A stretch of DNA of 64,000 bases from Laetmonice hystrix. Lineage: Eukaryota. The first letter of the stretch is position 1. Each line of letters starts with the position of its first letter. Both the position numbers and the translations under genes were made by a program. Location of the stretch: contig OZ249445.1 of assembly GCA_965235115.1 (NCBI GenBank), positions 8,432,001 to 8,496,000 on the forward strand, in the 5' to 3' direction. The notes under the pieces were generated by a model. The model was not told the origin of the DNA. It ran no database searches and saw only the letters and a program-made list of their open reading frames with translations. Shown here piece by piece: positions 48,957-61,760 of this stretch.

Positions 48957-51900
48957 TCAAAGCTCCGTTGGAAACTCCTCGGCGCAGACTCGACCGTAGA
49001 AGTCTCTCCCAGAGACTTGCCTTGGCCGCTTCTGGTCAGAGTCCCCCTCAGACTGGTACTCGGTGACGAAGGTGTCTTGGATAACCTTTGGTTTCACTAC
49101 TCCTACCCGCGGCTGGTCGCCTCGCCTCGCAACCAGCGAGCCTGCCGTCTGGGGAACCAGGAAGAAATAACTTGGGGTTTACCGGCATTTTATTATTAGT
49201 ATCACATCTGGTCTATTTCACTCATTCAACATTCACAACAATTCACCCCAAATATTTATAGCTTGACCATATCTTGATTTACGTATTTGGAAAAGGACTA
49301 TTTCTGACCCCCTCCCCCCTTACCAAAATCTTGGATCCGCCCCTGATGATTAGACTATTATTTGATACGATCACTAGATAACTTTTCACAGGTTTGAGAT
49401 CTTCACCTGGCTTTGTGTGGCGACAACAGACTTGTTTTTTCGTTTGGCGGCAGAGCCCGACACGTTCTTGGTCAACTGAACGCTCAAGGTCTCATACAGA
49501 CCACTATCCATCATCAGTGGGTTGTACGCCTCAGCCTCGGGAACCTACCGATAGGGGGCAGCAGCTACTCAGGCCCATATCTACACACTTAGAAACTCAA
49601 GTGGTAAAGTTCCTACCTTGAAGACATTATTGCCTTTTCATTGCCTTTTTATTTATATATTTATTCTATGTATGAAGTAACAAGTCTGTAGTATTAAAGT
49701 ACAGGCGCCGCGTACCTAATCATACCTGATCTAACGCATCTCCTACAAGCTTGACGCTCTCAGACACTGGGTCCTCTCCGACTGTGACGTCACAAGGCAT
49801 CATGAGTTCCCTGACAGCCACTGACTTGAGCAGCAGTGTCCGGCTGTGCGCCGCCACCAGGAGAAAGTATCCCCTCACCTCTGGTGGCGGCACCTGGTAC
49901 CGAAATCCCGAACCACGACATGGAGCCGGCGACGGTGGCTCAAGTCGGGCGAGGAGTACTTGATCCTGGGATACAGAGAGGACAGTCGTTCGTTTGTTCA
50001 GATATAACGTCGTAACGTACAATATAACAAAGGAGTGAAATATAGTAATGTGATGGCACATGATAGGGATTAATCTCCTTCCAGTGCCCATCTTCCTCTG
50101 CCCTGTAAGGATGATGGTTTTATTAATAGAAACCTTAAACTTATTTTTTTTAACTAAAGATGCCATAAGTTTGTCGATATTACCCTTTCCTTCAGAGACC
50201 GACAGAGGGCAGTGAAGTGCTGGTTGTTGGTTTCCAGATCATCCCAGTCCATCTTCCAACACGCGGTGGCTCTGACAATGATCGGCTACGACCGCATGAA
50301 TTATAACACATACAAAACTATATAACACACACGTCAAGAATTCATGTATTACTGGCAGCAAGGACAAAGCATTATGATTCGGAATACTTTTACCCATTAT
50401 AAATTAGCATAGATATAGCCTATATAGATTGCAGAGGAAGCAAACATAGGCCTGTGTGTCCCATCATTACGGCCTGGATTTTTAGGATTTATAACAAAAT
50501 AATCAATGATACAGGCACTTACAAGACCAAAGAGGGCGGATTCACATATTGCGTCGGTGGGCAGCCTTCTGGTGGCTCTGAGCACATAGACCGGCAGAGT
50601 GGTTCCTGTGCTGCCCTTGACTGATCCGCCGCTTGCACCGGGCCTCGACCCAGGACTGTCACACTGTACCATCTACATCCCCACCCAGTCAGTCATACAC
50701 ATTCACTAATCACTGATCTCCACTTCTATTCAACTTATGGTTAAATTGCCTTTTTCTTTAGAAGCTGAACCAGGCAAGCTAAGAATCTATGTTCCACCCG
50801 ATCCTGATGGGGAATCCTCTTACATGAAAAACAGTCCCTATTTCATCAACTCTACAAAAAACGGCATAACTTTTTATTTGCTTGACTAATTTTGATGAAT
50901 TAAAGATTATTTTTCATGTAAGAAGATTCCCTATCAGGATATGGGGAACATAGGTTCTGAGGTTGCCTAAGTTTGGGCTGGACATTTTTTAGGACACCCT
51001 GTATCAATACTATATTAGTCTGCTTACTATCATAAAAAAAAATTAAAATCACCTAATGTCGGCATTTTGTTGAAATCATAATCATGCGTTTATACATGTA
51101 TGCGCCTTGAAAACATGAATCTGATGCTTACAAATTGGTTCCCCCCAGGTAGCTGGTCTGGACTTAGAATTCTCTCGTGGATATCGCACTTAATGGAGAG
51201 AGATTCACCATCTGTCAAAGCATGATGGTCAAAGACATTAAGGCACGTCCATGTTCGATGGACATGATGATAATCATGTTGCCACTTTGGCAACAAACAT
51301 GCACATAGGCTAATGACAAGTTACATACAAGCCATAAATCACCTATTTTCCCTGGCATTACATGAACCGCCTGATGGGCAATTCATAAACTATACGTGTA
51401 TCTCAGACAGGTATAAATAATATAGAGGCACCTTCTTGCCCTGGTAACAGGAGATGAAGATGTTCGGAGTCGGTACTACAATCCTGCAGCCACGTTTTGA
51501 ACAGGTTCTCCAGACTGAGGACATCTTAAAGATAGTAAAAATATCAATCATACCTTCACAGCATTATATGAAAAATACCAGATGGGATAACGCAACAATA
51601 TTATTACCAGCAAAGGGTGTGCGTGGCACATAATTGTAATTTTAGCTCCCATCATAATCTCAGTTGCCCAATAGTTCACATATCTCTCATGATCAAACCT
51701 TGTTGGACAGGCACACATTCGACAATTCCACCAATGTCGCTGTCGCTCGACTTCTCACTCTCAGACGTCATGCTTACTTGACTACTTGCTACTACTTCTA
51801 CATCCTCCTCCAACATAAACCGTTCCGGATTGTTCATGTAGATGACCTGTGCTTTCTGAGACAAAACAACCATGTTACTTACTACAACATGTCGCCTGTA

Positions 51901-54616
51901 ACTGTAAAACTCAGACATGTTTGGTGGCAAAACGAGGGAATGGGATTTATCGAATTCACAAGGAAAAACTTTTATTTCAGCTCTACATCCATAGAATGAC
52001 TTAATACCCATGATATATTTTTCACACTCCAGGACTGCACGTACTTACGCACCCATGCACATACACACGCACACACACCCAAGTCTGTGTACCTGCCTAC
52101 CTTGAGGCTGTCCATGTCTGCCTGCCGTGTGGCTAGTTCCAACTGTTTGACCACAGCAGATGGATGCCGACACGTCAGGACACTGATCTCTAGCTGGGCC
52201 CAGTAACCTGCAGTCTGACCAAAATCAATTCCCATCATGGAAGGAACCTTTCAGTTTAAGGTCTTCACTTAAAGAGTAAAATTTAATACAATTTAATATA
52301 CCTTCAAGAGGTATATGAAGGTCAGTCCCTGTACCTTTATAAGAAATCTAATACTTTTTATGATCAAACGGATAAAGCTAGAACTGAAGCTGCGATGATG
52401 ACACTGTAGCAGTGGTACCTGGAGCAGGTTTTGGGCCTGGCGCCGGAACATTTCAGCGGCTTGCTGCACACCCTGACTCAAACAGCCGCCACCACCGGCC
52501 CCGATTCCGGCCGCCCGCCTGCACGCCACCAACTCGGTCAGCGCCCCTCGTATCCGGCCGAAATTACCCCGCGTATTTTGCAGAGGAAACACCGCCTAAA
52601 CAGATAGCTTCCCCATGAGTTAGGATGAATGACCTAATTATCTGTACACGGAAATTCCCAGGTGCCATGCTCATTAAATTCCCTTCACAAATTTGTCATA
52701 ATAAAATCAGGCGCAGATCCGGGGGGGGGGGGAGTCCAGGGGGTCCAGACCCCCCCCCCCCCCCCTGCTCGGAACCAACTTAGGTTTTTGCTATGTTATC
52801 GGGGAAGGGCCCCAGAGTATTGCCCCCTCCCCCAGCGGCTCGCATCTTTCGGACCCCCCCCCCCCCCCCCTGCAAAAATTCCTGGATCCGCGCCTGAAAA
52901 TAGGCATGAGCAATATGAGCCCATACACACGCACATATAACCTACTAGTCTGCGTACTGCCTACCTTGATGCTGTCCATGTCAAGGAAATAAGTACGTAG
53001 GCTCAGCTACATAGATTAGTAATATTTAGTAGGTCTATTTATAACCACATTAATCCATAGAATAGGGGGCCTATGTTGACTACACAAACATAATGATAAA
53101 CATAAAGACACACAGTGACACAGCAAGACAAACCCGTGAAGCACAGTACTATAAGTTGTCTTCAAGACCGATACAAACCATCACCAACAGAACCATAATG
53201 TAGGCCTAGACTATAAAATGATACATAATCATGCTAATTACAAACTATGCAGCCTTCACATCAATACCGATATCGCCTATAGGATAGGCCTAAGCCTACC
53301 CGTTACAAATAGGCCTAGGCTTAGATATGATCAGTAAGTTCATTCAGTTATGGGTTCAACTAACCTCTGGGTATGCGCCTAGAGCAAACAGACCAAAAAA
53401 TGGGAGTCGGCATGGCCCACCGAGACTGCAGACCAACGAGAAGAAGTGCTCAAGGGCCTCCTGAACAACGAGACAGGCCTCCTCATCAAACTGGAAGCTC
53501 AGGTCCACTAGTAAAATACGGGCTGCAGCAGAAATGGCAAGAACCCCCCAGATAAACATTGAAGGACCCAATGAATGGGACTAACATATTATATTCAAAT
53601 ATTAATTAAATCTTTGAACGCCCCCCCCCCCCCCGGCACGGATCATCAAACTGCCCCTCCCCTCCCCCTCTCCCCCTGCCCACGGTCTGTGTTACACAGG
53701 GGCAGATTTTGCAATGGGGGGGGGGGGGGGGGCAATACATCCAGGATTTTGCAACGGGGTGGGGGTGGGGGTGGGGGTGCTTGATGTAGGTATAAACCCT
53801 CTTTGCCTTAGCCTTAGGTGCGCTGTAGACACATTGCAAAATGATAACATGGAGTAAGCTGAGGGGGGGGGGGGGGTGTTCACACTTGAGCTGCTTCGAT
53901 CCATGCAGCCAGAGATGTCCCAGGCGCGGATACAGGCTTCATAAAAGGGGGAGGGGGGCCGCCCCCCCCCCCCCAAAAAAAAAGAAAGCTCCCCAGGAAA
54001 ACCTTTTTGAAAATAAGTGTTAGCAGGCCCCTATCTTATCGATTTCTTGGGAAGTGAGAGCAAAAATTAGTATCTTTATTCTGGCGAAAATTTTTCATTT
54101 CCTGAAATAAAAAAATCACTTCTCAGAAAAAGGGGTGGATAATATCATCTAACGTGACCGGTGCCAAGTTCAGTTCGAGCAGGCATCGGAAGGGTGACAG
54201 ACTCACTAGGCCAGCCTAGGTAGTAGCATCACAGATGTGGTAGCATAGACCACGGCTTTGGGAAGACCAAGCTGAGGCAGCGCCGCCATCTTGGATTTTC
54301 TAGCACGCTAACCGCTGCACGGCGCCACCTTCCGTGCCGGGATCTCTGACTGACCCTCAAGTTCACTGGTCAACGTCGCGAAGAGGGTAGCCTAACATGA
54401 TAGCTGCGTTTCTTCTTTGTAAATTCATGAGTGTGCAAACAATATATAGGGCCTAATAAATAATAACAATCCCAACAAATAAATGCGTAACCCCCATTAG
54501 GCCTAGGCCGTCTCGGCAAACTTCGAGTAGTGAGGGCCGAGCCCGACGGACGACTTACCAGGTTGTCGGAGGAAACTCGACCTTTGCATGGACCCTGTGG
54601 GCTGTGCCATGGTCAT
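48957..54616 (-). CDS. M1AP: Meiosis 1 associated/arrest protein orthologue, 12 coding exons, 552 aa
   Basis: complement(join(54559..54616,53365..53522,52419..52595,52101..52214,51699..51855,51432..51524,51132..51211,50523..50672,50184..50285,49726..49965,49407..49544,48957..49148)); all GT-AG and phase-consistent (1659 nt). Segments EALEHFFSLVCSLGGP, CESALFGLPIIVRATACWKMDWDDLETNNQHFTALC, TLLLKSVAVRELM and YNPL match my recollection of vertebrate M1AP (EALQNFFSLACSLMGP; CWQLDWDELETNQQHFHALC). Confidence 0.85.
50784..51003. mobile_element. Foldback element remnant with Tc1/mariner-like right end, in an M1AP intron
   Basis: Imperfect ~52-bp inverted arms 50784-50836 / 50905-50956; terminus ...ggacattttttaggacaccctg|TA (reverse complement TA|CAGGGTGTCC); left terminus decayed. 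Confidence 0.55.
52708..52896. mobile_element. MITE of the same family as 5314-5468, in M1AP intron 2
   Basis: TIRs caggcgcagatcc / ggatccgcgcctg, G/C tracts, 5-bp TSD AAAAT on both sides. Confidence 0.8.
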
Positions 54617-57342
54617 CTACCAGACTTCTTAGCTATTCTGCAACGAATTAAAATTAATAATAGCCTCGTGTATAATCCCTCTCAGAGCTTGCCTTTAGCA
54701 GTCTGAGACTACTGGCTCTAATTCACTCTAACTTTACCATTGTAGGCCTAAACGTTAGGCCTACGACGCCAACAGATCAAAAATATTATCAACATCAAAC
54801 CGGCTTCGAGTTCGACGAAATAGCTCACTTAATACGAGCCAGGTATTGACGGAAAAAATCGACATGTTATAGAATAATGTATCTCTCAGTATGTTTAGCA
54901 GTTACCTTCAATACTATAAAAGTATTCGGTCACGGTACCTGAAGTAAGCAGGCAGTGGCCTCTCCTCTCCCGACCGGCGCGTTTACCCTGCGCGTGTGGC
55001 ACATTATCAAGTTCCGTTTTTAACCACCAGACGGCGCACAATATTACCAAGTCATCTGGCGCGCTCGGCAGTCTGCCCACGGCCTTTTAACGACTGCTAG
55101 GACGACCTACTCGGTTAATATAAATTCCTTTGAGATTCCTTTCCTATATAGCTAGGCCTAGGCCTACTATCGGTTTATATATAGGCATAGAGGGACGATT
55201 TTAAAATTAGTAGGCCTAACTGGCATGCAGATGATAGGCCTATCATGTTCCAAATAGCCTATTATGGGGGTAAAAATTATAGAAGTTACAGTCAAGAAAA
55301 GACTGTTCCAAATTTTTTTGGCCCACCCGATATATCCTAGTAGGTAGCCTATAAGTTCCAGAAGATAGATGTCTAGGGGGTATAGGTCCTAGAATCTGTG
55401 GATGCACAAGCGGCCAAGTTTATCCATGATACATATCTCACAATCCGTAAACAATAGGCCTATAGGCCTAATCAGCATTAATAATAGGCCTATCTAAAAA
55501 GAAAAACGATACTTACAATAATGCAAATTAAAAATGAAAAAAATTTACACTTGACTATCAGATAAAAAAAAGAATATAAGAGACACTTATTTTATGCATT
55601 CGTTTGATATTTGTGCATTCTTATACGCTTTCTTTATTCGTATATCTAGTTACACCAAATCCACACACCCCCACCCCCCACCCCCGACACACCTACCCAC
55701 ACACTTTATCGTGACCCATGGAGGTATATCTATAGGTCGTCTCTGTAAGCATGGAGCTATGGAGAGGAAAGTATGGGGCTCCCTACGCCAGAAGTTACTG
55801 ACATTCTATAGAAATCTTTCGGAAGCATATTCCTATTTATATTTTATCGTAAACCACTTGCTATATGGCACTGCCTCATAAAAACATACCAATGAGGCTG
55901 GCTTTGCAGTGTTACTGTGCACATTATGTTCATTACTATAGTTTGAGGAGGCTACTTCCAACTGCTTTAGTCTTTTTAGGAAAAAAGTACATTTTAATAA
56001 AAAGAACTTTTAGCAGAATTGACTGAGGCAGTATGGGTGGGCCGTCGGAAAAGATAGTCGATATCAGCAATTTGGTGAAAGCGACAAGAATTAGTACTCG
56101 ATCCACAGAGAGCAATATAAGGACTAACATTGGAACAGCAGCACGTCATTTCAGTAGAGTCTCAATGTTTATAGACGCTGAAAAAATGTACATAGTTCAA
56201 ATACCGGTAAGTGGCAGCCCCACCCCCACTCCCCAACCACCTTTACTGTGGAAAGAACACATGTATAGCGTGAGCTTTGGAAGGGAAGAATTCGCATAGA
56301 ATTCAAATATGCACGTTTCACTGTACGCATTATCTGTCTCATAAGAAGGGGTACGCCATCAATTGTACATTACACAGAGTAAAACGGTTTACACACACAA
56401 ATTTATGAACATTCTGCCTTATGCTACAGACATCGTATACTTGCAAGTCATTGTGCTGAGTAGTACTCTCTTCGTAATCTTCATTTGAAAAAATGTTCAG
56501 ACTAAAAAGACATTGCCTAGATTTCTAGGTACAAGCCAATCTGCAGTACATGTATGATCATTCATTATGTTTCATCTCTTGAACATTATGCAGTTTATTA
56601 CCGTGTCACGCAAATTAACGCAAATGAAGAATACTTCACTGACCTCTATAACCTCCACACTTCATCCCTACGAACAATATATCACACAAATCCACCAAAA
56701 TATCTCTTTAAGATAATACTGCAGGATACTGTTTTGTCGACGTTACTGTTAACGTATCTTTGTGATATATAAACGTGGAATGTTTCCTGATAAACCTTTG
56801 AAGGTACAATGTCTTACAGATAGGCCTATATGTTTCGGTTATAGATTATTAGGCCTATAATAAAATGAGACATGCAGAGCATTTCGTTAATACTTTCCAG
56901 ATACTTTAATGCTTTCCTGAATAAATGTATATTTTCATGGCGTACATGCATGATGGATGGAGGGAAACAGACCTAATAAAGTTCAAAGAATTTTTGTGGA
57001 CAAGCATAGCTTCTTTGTTTACAATTTTCCGAGTATCTCTATATTTATGAGAGGGTGTATAGACTACACTATACAACACATAACCTTCGGCTACTATTAG
57101 GCCCTACTGTACCTAATTATTCCAATAACTTTGAGGATCATCTTAACCACTGACTAGGGAAATTAGTATTTATGGCTTCAAAAACATTAACAAACAAAAT
57201 GTAAGCCTGTTTACTTGTCTTTGCGAGGCATACTGCTGGGATCAGGTAGGCTTATGCAATCTGAAGCTATATATAAGGAAATGAATCTCTGAATATTATC
57301 TCAAACTTAAAGGAGATCAGTACGGTATACTGACCGTAAGAC

Positions 57343-60300
57343 TCATAGCCCGACAGAGACACTGAGTCTTCGACTTTCCAATCTTGTAATTTGAATATCT
57401 TTTTCATCCACGTAATATACTGCGTATACCTTTGGTGCAAACAAACACAGTGAGATCACAATGCCGTTCATGATGAGACCAAGTGCCAGAAGCGCCGCCT
57501 TGTGGTAGGCGTAGAAAGCGACGAAGTAGGTGGGCAGGCAAGCCAACCACACAAACATGGTGGTCGTCACAGCGATGAAGATGTACCAACTTTCGTTGTA
57601 GTTGTCCGGCAGTTTCCGGGTGAGGAAACCAAAAACTGCACAAAGAAGTAACAAGATAATGTTGTAGCAGAGAGGAATTAGAAGATTCTGTAGTGGCAAC
57701 TTGCACTGAAGTTCCACCCGTTCGATGGTGCGTACCGGCATCCGGTGCTGAGCCTCTGGAGGCGTGATGAGCACTGCCACCATCAGCAGTACACCCTGTC
57801 AAAGTGAACACGCACGTATTAATTACTTCACATAGATATTCCTGGAGAAATTCACGGAAAAATGGATATGTTTTACTTAATTTTCTGTTTCCGATGATTG
57901 GCCAGTTTGAAAATGTTACCTGTAGGCCTATACCTTGCCGAAATATATACCCGTTGTTGGCGGATGGTTTAAATGATAAAGATTCAGTTTATAATCTGTG
58001 AAAGTATTATAATATGCTTGAAACCAAACCATTCGTGCAATTTTCCTTATATGAGAATCATCAAACGAATCCTGCATTTATACATGCATGCTTGTGGCGT
58101 TGATCAAGTTATACCACATCATTGAAGAAAATTATTAACATCAAAATCTGATCAGAACTAATTTTGGCCCCTCAGGCTTATCCCGCTCGCTTCTGCATTG
58201 CCATTATATGTCCCTGGAGTGGTCTTCGTCTTCATTTTCTTATATGTAATGACAAATAACGGAGGCCATATCGGTCAATCATATCGCCGGTCTTCGTCTT
58301 ATAATATTCTCTTGACGAATCAGTCCTTTGACGATGGTGCAAAGACGTGTAGGTCAGGAGAAATGTATGTCACATTGCACGGCACATGAGGCCAGGAGTG
58401 GCTAAAGGAACGCCATGTTTTCAATATTGAATGTTTCGGATCGCCACCCACCATGCACTATACGTCATACATGTCGTCATGTTATTTGATATCGGCCATG
58501 AGAGACGTTTGGTGTAGGCGCATTTCGCTGAATTATTTCTTGCAATGACGCAGATTTTAATAAAACCTGCATAATGAGGTGTAGCCCGTTTCAATAATAA
58601 ATGTGGACAGTGAGCTCACGCGTAGGTAGAAAGCTTTCATCTATGAAAGCATGTTGAGCTGTCGTGCACTGCATCCATATTGTGGTTTGCCACGTGTGAC
58701 GGAAGAACCGTTTGTCGGTTAATGAAAAATTTAACTCGTCCATGTCACTTTTAAACTAGTGAATTGTACTTCCAAGAATTATTATGATCATATCCCAACA
58801 GTTTTGTGATATTTCCTAAAAATGATAAATATGTTCAATGAAATTAAAGGTGAAAAACGCAAGATCTAAAAACTTACCTGCACAAGTATGAGTAGACTAA
58901 GGACCGATATCTGGGACGCTGAACCCGCCATTCGTACCCGAGTTTTGCAGCGGTCTGCCGCACGGAAGATGCGGAACAACCTCTTGGTCTTGATAAACAA
59001 CGATCCAAAGATCAGTGAACAGCTGATGTTGAAGCCGAAGTAGTTTATGTAACAGGTCCATATTGTCGGCTTGGCAACAAACGTAAAGACAGTGAGGTAA
59101 GCAAGTGTTAACCCTATTGAAATGGACACCATGAGTTCCCGACTCGAACCTTTCACCACCTTTCGCTCCCAATGGAATTTGAAGAAGAGGGCAAGCAAGA
59201 AAACGGACATCAATCCTAGAGCTGCCAGAGTGGCCAAGCCTGAAGCGATGGGGTCGTGCCAATGCATGTAGGAGGGCGTAATGGTTTCACACGTGTTTCG
59301 GTGAAGCGGTTCCGGCCACTCCAGTTCCGGGCATACCCAACAACCCTCACGAACATCTCGCATGATCTCGTTATCGCGACATTTTGTGCACTCCCAACAG
59401 CACGGCCCTTCCACCTTACTCGGAAATTCCCCCTTCCCACAAGGCTTTGCACAGACAGATTCTGGCTGTTCCGTGTTACCATTCTCGTCTGCGGACCACT
59501 GAATGAGCGATACGTTTATCAATAGATTACGATTCGAGCTATTCCAGGATCCCACGTCTATCATGTTATAGCCTTGGCTTTTCCGGGCAAACCCCGTAGT
59601 GCTAAATGAGACTGACCCAACGTCCACCATATAATACTGAGTAGCGTTCGTGCCCATTATATAGCTGACTATGTAACTACCTAACAGATCTCCCAGAGTG
59701 TCATATTTCACAACGTCCGATGATCCCTGGAAGGTAACGTTACGTATGTACCCTAGTAATACTGAACCCTTTATACAAGTCTTCAGTTGTTCCTTGTATT
59801 TACTGGCCCGAGGGCAACGTTCAGATATGAGTCGTTCGAGCGCGAGAGCAAATGTTTTCACTATGTTCGACACTCGCCCGATTCCGTTATACATTGTGAA
59901 CGACTCGAAGTCGTCAATTGTTTTGTACTTGCTGCACGAGTTGTTGCCGACTGAATCGTTGAGATCACAGTTACTGTCTTCTAGTGTGAACTGACCCAAC
60001 CACGGATTGCCGCTTGGATCACGCCAAGGGGGCTGCTTCCGGTAGTGACGCTCAAACTCTAAATCTTGATCTCTGCGTACTAGCGTCAGTGCTCGGAGTG
60101 GGATTGGGGTATGATTGGAAGCCAATCTAGGCTGGAACCCTTCAGTACCAATAAAGAAGAATTCAGACGCTGCGTTTTTCCGATAGAGGGCACTAAGAAG
60201 CTTCTCCGTTGTTGTGCCATCGACGAAGAGTACAACGACCTTTGCTTTGCTATGATTGCGTAGGTTAGTGATGACATCATCATAATCGGCATCGCTGCTG

Positions 60301-61339
60301 TCTGGACCAACTTCCCGGCTATATGCAATGCATATTCCATGCTTCTTCGCTCGTTTCTGCACCTGTACCAGGGGAAAAATGTGATTTTATTTTCACCAAG
60401 GCTATAGGGGCCATAAAGAAAATTAGCGACACACACCAGCATTGCATTATGTTGTCATTAAATGTCATTTGTTTATCCTGTGGTACGTACTTACTTCGGG
60501 TATGGCTCTAAAGAGGACTCTCAGATATAACACACCCCACTGTGAACTTCAAAGTCCTCTAGTCCCCCACCCCCTGGTCTGCCACCTCTTGCCCCTCCCC
60601 CTTACCTTCCTGGTGCCCAACCTCTGGTTCTGCACCCTCTGGTACCCCATCTTCTAGTCCCCATCTGCTCGTTGCCCGCTCTCTAGTCCCCACCCCCTGG
60701 TGCCCACCTACTAGTCCGCCATCTGCTGGTTCCCCACCCTCTAGTCCCCGGTCCTCTCCCTCCAATCCTCTTGTCCCCCTCCTCGTCTCTACCCCTCTGG
60801 TTCCTCACCCCTCGCCCCCACCCACGATCATGAATCGCATGATCACTTGCTCATGTTGATTGGCTTAAGTTCTGTTTTCAGATGTCAAATCACACCATGC
60901 TCACTGATAAAGGCGATGTTAGAGCAACCTGTCAGTACAGCGGAATGAATAAATCATTGACTACAAATCGAGTGTGCGTCACCGGGACCGAGGCAAGTGG
61001 TGCGTGTATGCGTAGTTCGAGATTTGATGCGTCACTGTCTAAAAAAAACATAGCCTTGTATCAGCTCCGCTATTCGCGTTCCTTATACTATAGGAATAAA
61101 CGTTTTCTACCCCACAAACTAAGCCTTACTTCATTGATTTGAACTCACATTATTATTATATTGGAAAGGTTTTACCGTATGAAATAGTATTATTAGTTAC
61201 CTCTCGGGCGCCACTGCTGCCGTAGCTACCTTGTGTGTTTAGTGTGGAGATGTAGGTCCAGTTGAAGTGGAGGAGGATGTCTACAATTGCTAGGACTTGA
61301 TACTTGTCCGGAGGAATGGCACGTGAGAAGTATTTGTAT
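57343..61339 (-). CDS. Class C GPCR, metabotropic glutamate receptor-like; 5'-partial (earlier exons not identified in window)
   Basis: complement(join(61201..61339,58878..60362,57343..57795)), phase-consistent. VFT segment YKYFSRAIPPDKYQ..IVDIL..FNWTYIS, nine-Cys domain (PESVCAKPC...CCWECTKC...C..CP...C), 7TM motifs KGSSREL, KTKRLFRIF, RKLPDNYNES, LFAPKVY. Confidence 0.92.
60556..60822. repeat. Degenerate C-rich short-period repeat (G-rich on coding strand) in a GPCR intron
   Basis: Recurrent ctctagtcccc(a)ccccctggt-like units. Confidence 0.7.
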
Positions 61340-61611
61340 CTGAAAGAGGGAAGGGAAAATTAAAATTACTATGCAGAAACTTACTTTAAAGTATGAACAA
61401 ATCAACAGTGCTTCAGTAAGGACGAAGGAAAGTACCGTTTTCGTGCTATCTAGAGATACACGCATCTCTAGACTGTCATGCTCATATAAGAAGTCGCTCT
61501 GGTTGCCATAGAGACGTACATTTATGCTCGAGACCCATGAACCCGCGGTTCCACGTAAGAAACTTCAGTGGAGGAGCGCGTCAGAATTTTCTTCATTAGC
61601 GGCAAACTTCA

Positions 61612-61760
61612 CAGACGCGGATCCAGGGGCAGGTATAATAGGGACACGACAAGAACATAAGCTGAATACATAGACTTAAAATGGTCGTGCATTCCTAGAG
61701 TTTGTTCTTGGAAAATCCGTTGTGTGCCCCCCTTAACTTCCCCTTCTGGACCCGCCCCTG
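61612..61760. mobile_element. Older MITE copy of the CAGGGGCGGATCC family
   Basis: cagacgcggatccagg ... ctggacccgcccctg; no TSD recognisable. Confidence 0.55.
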
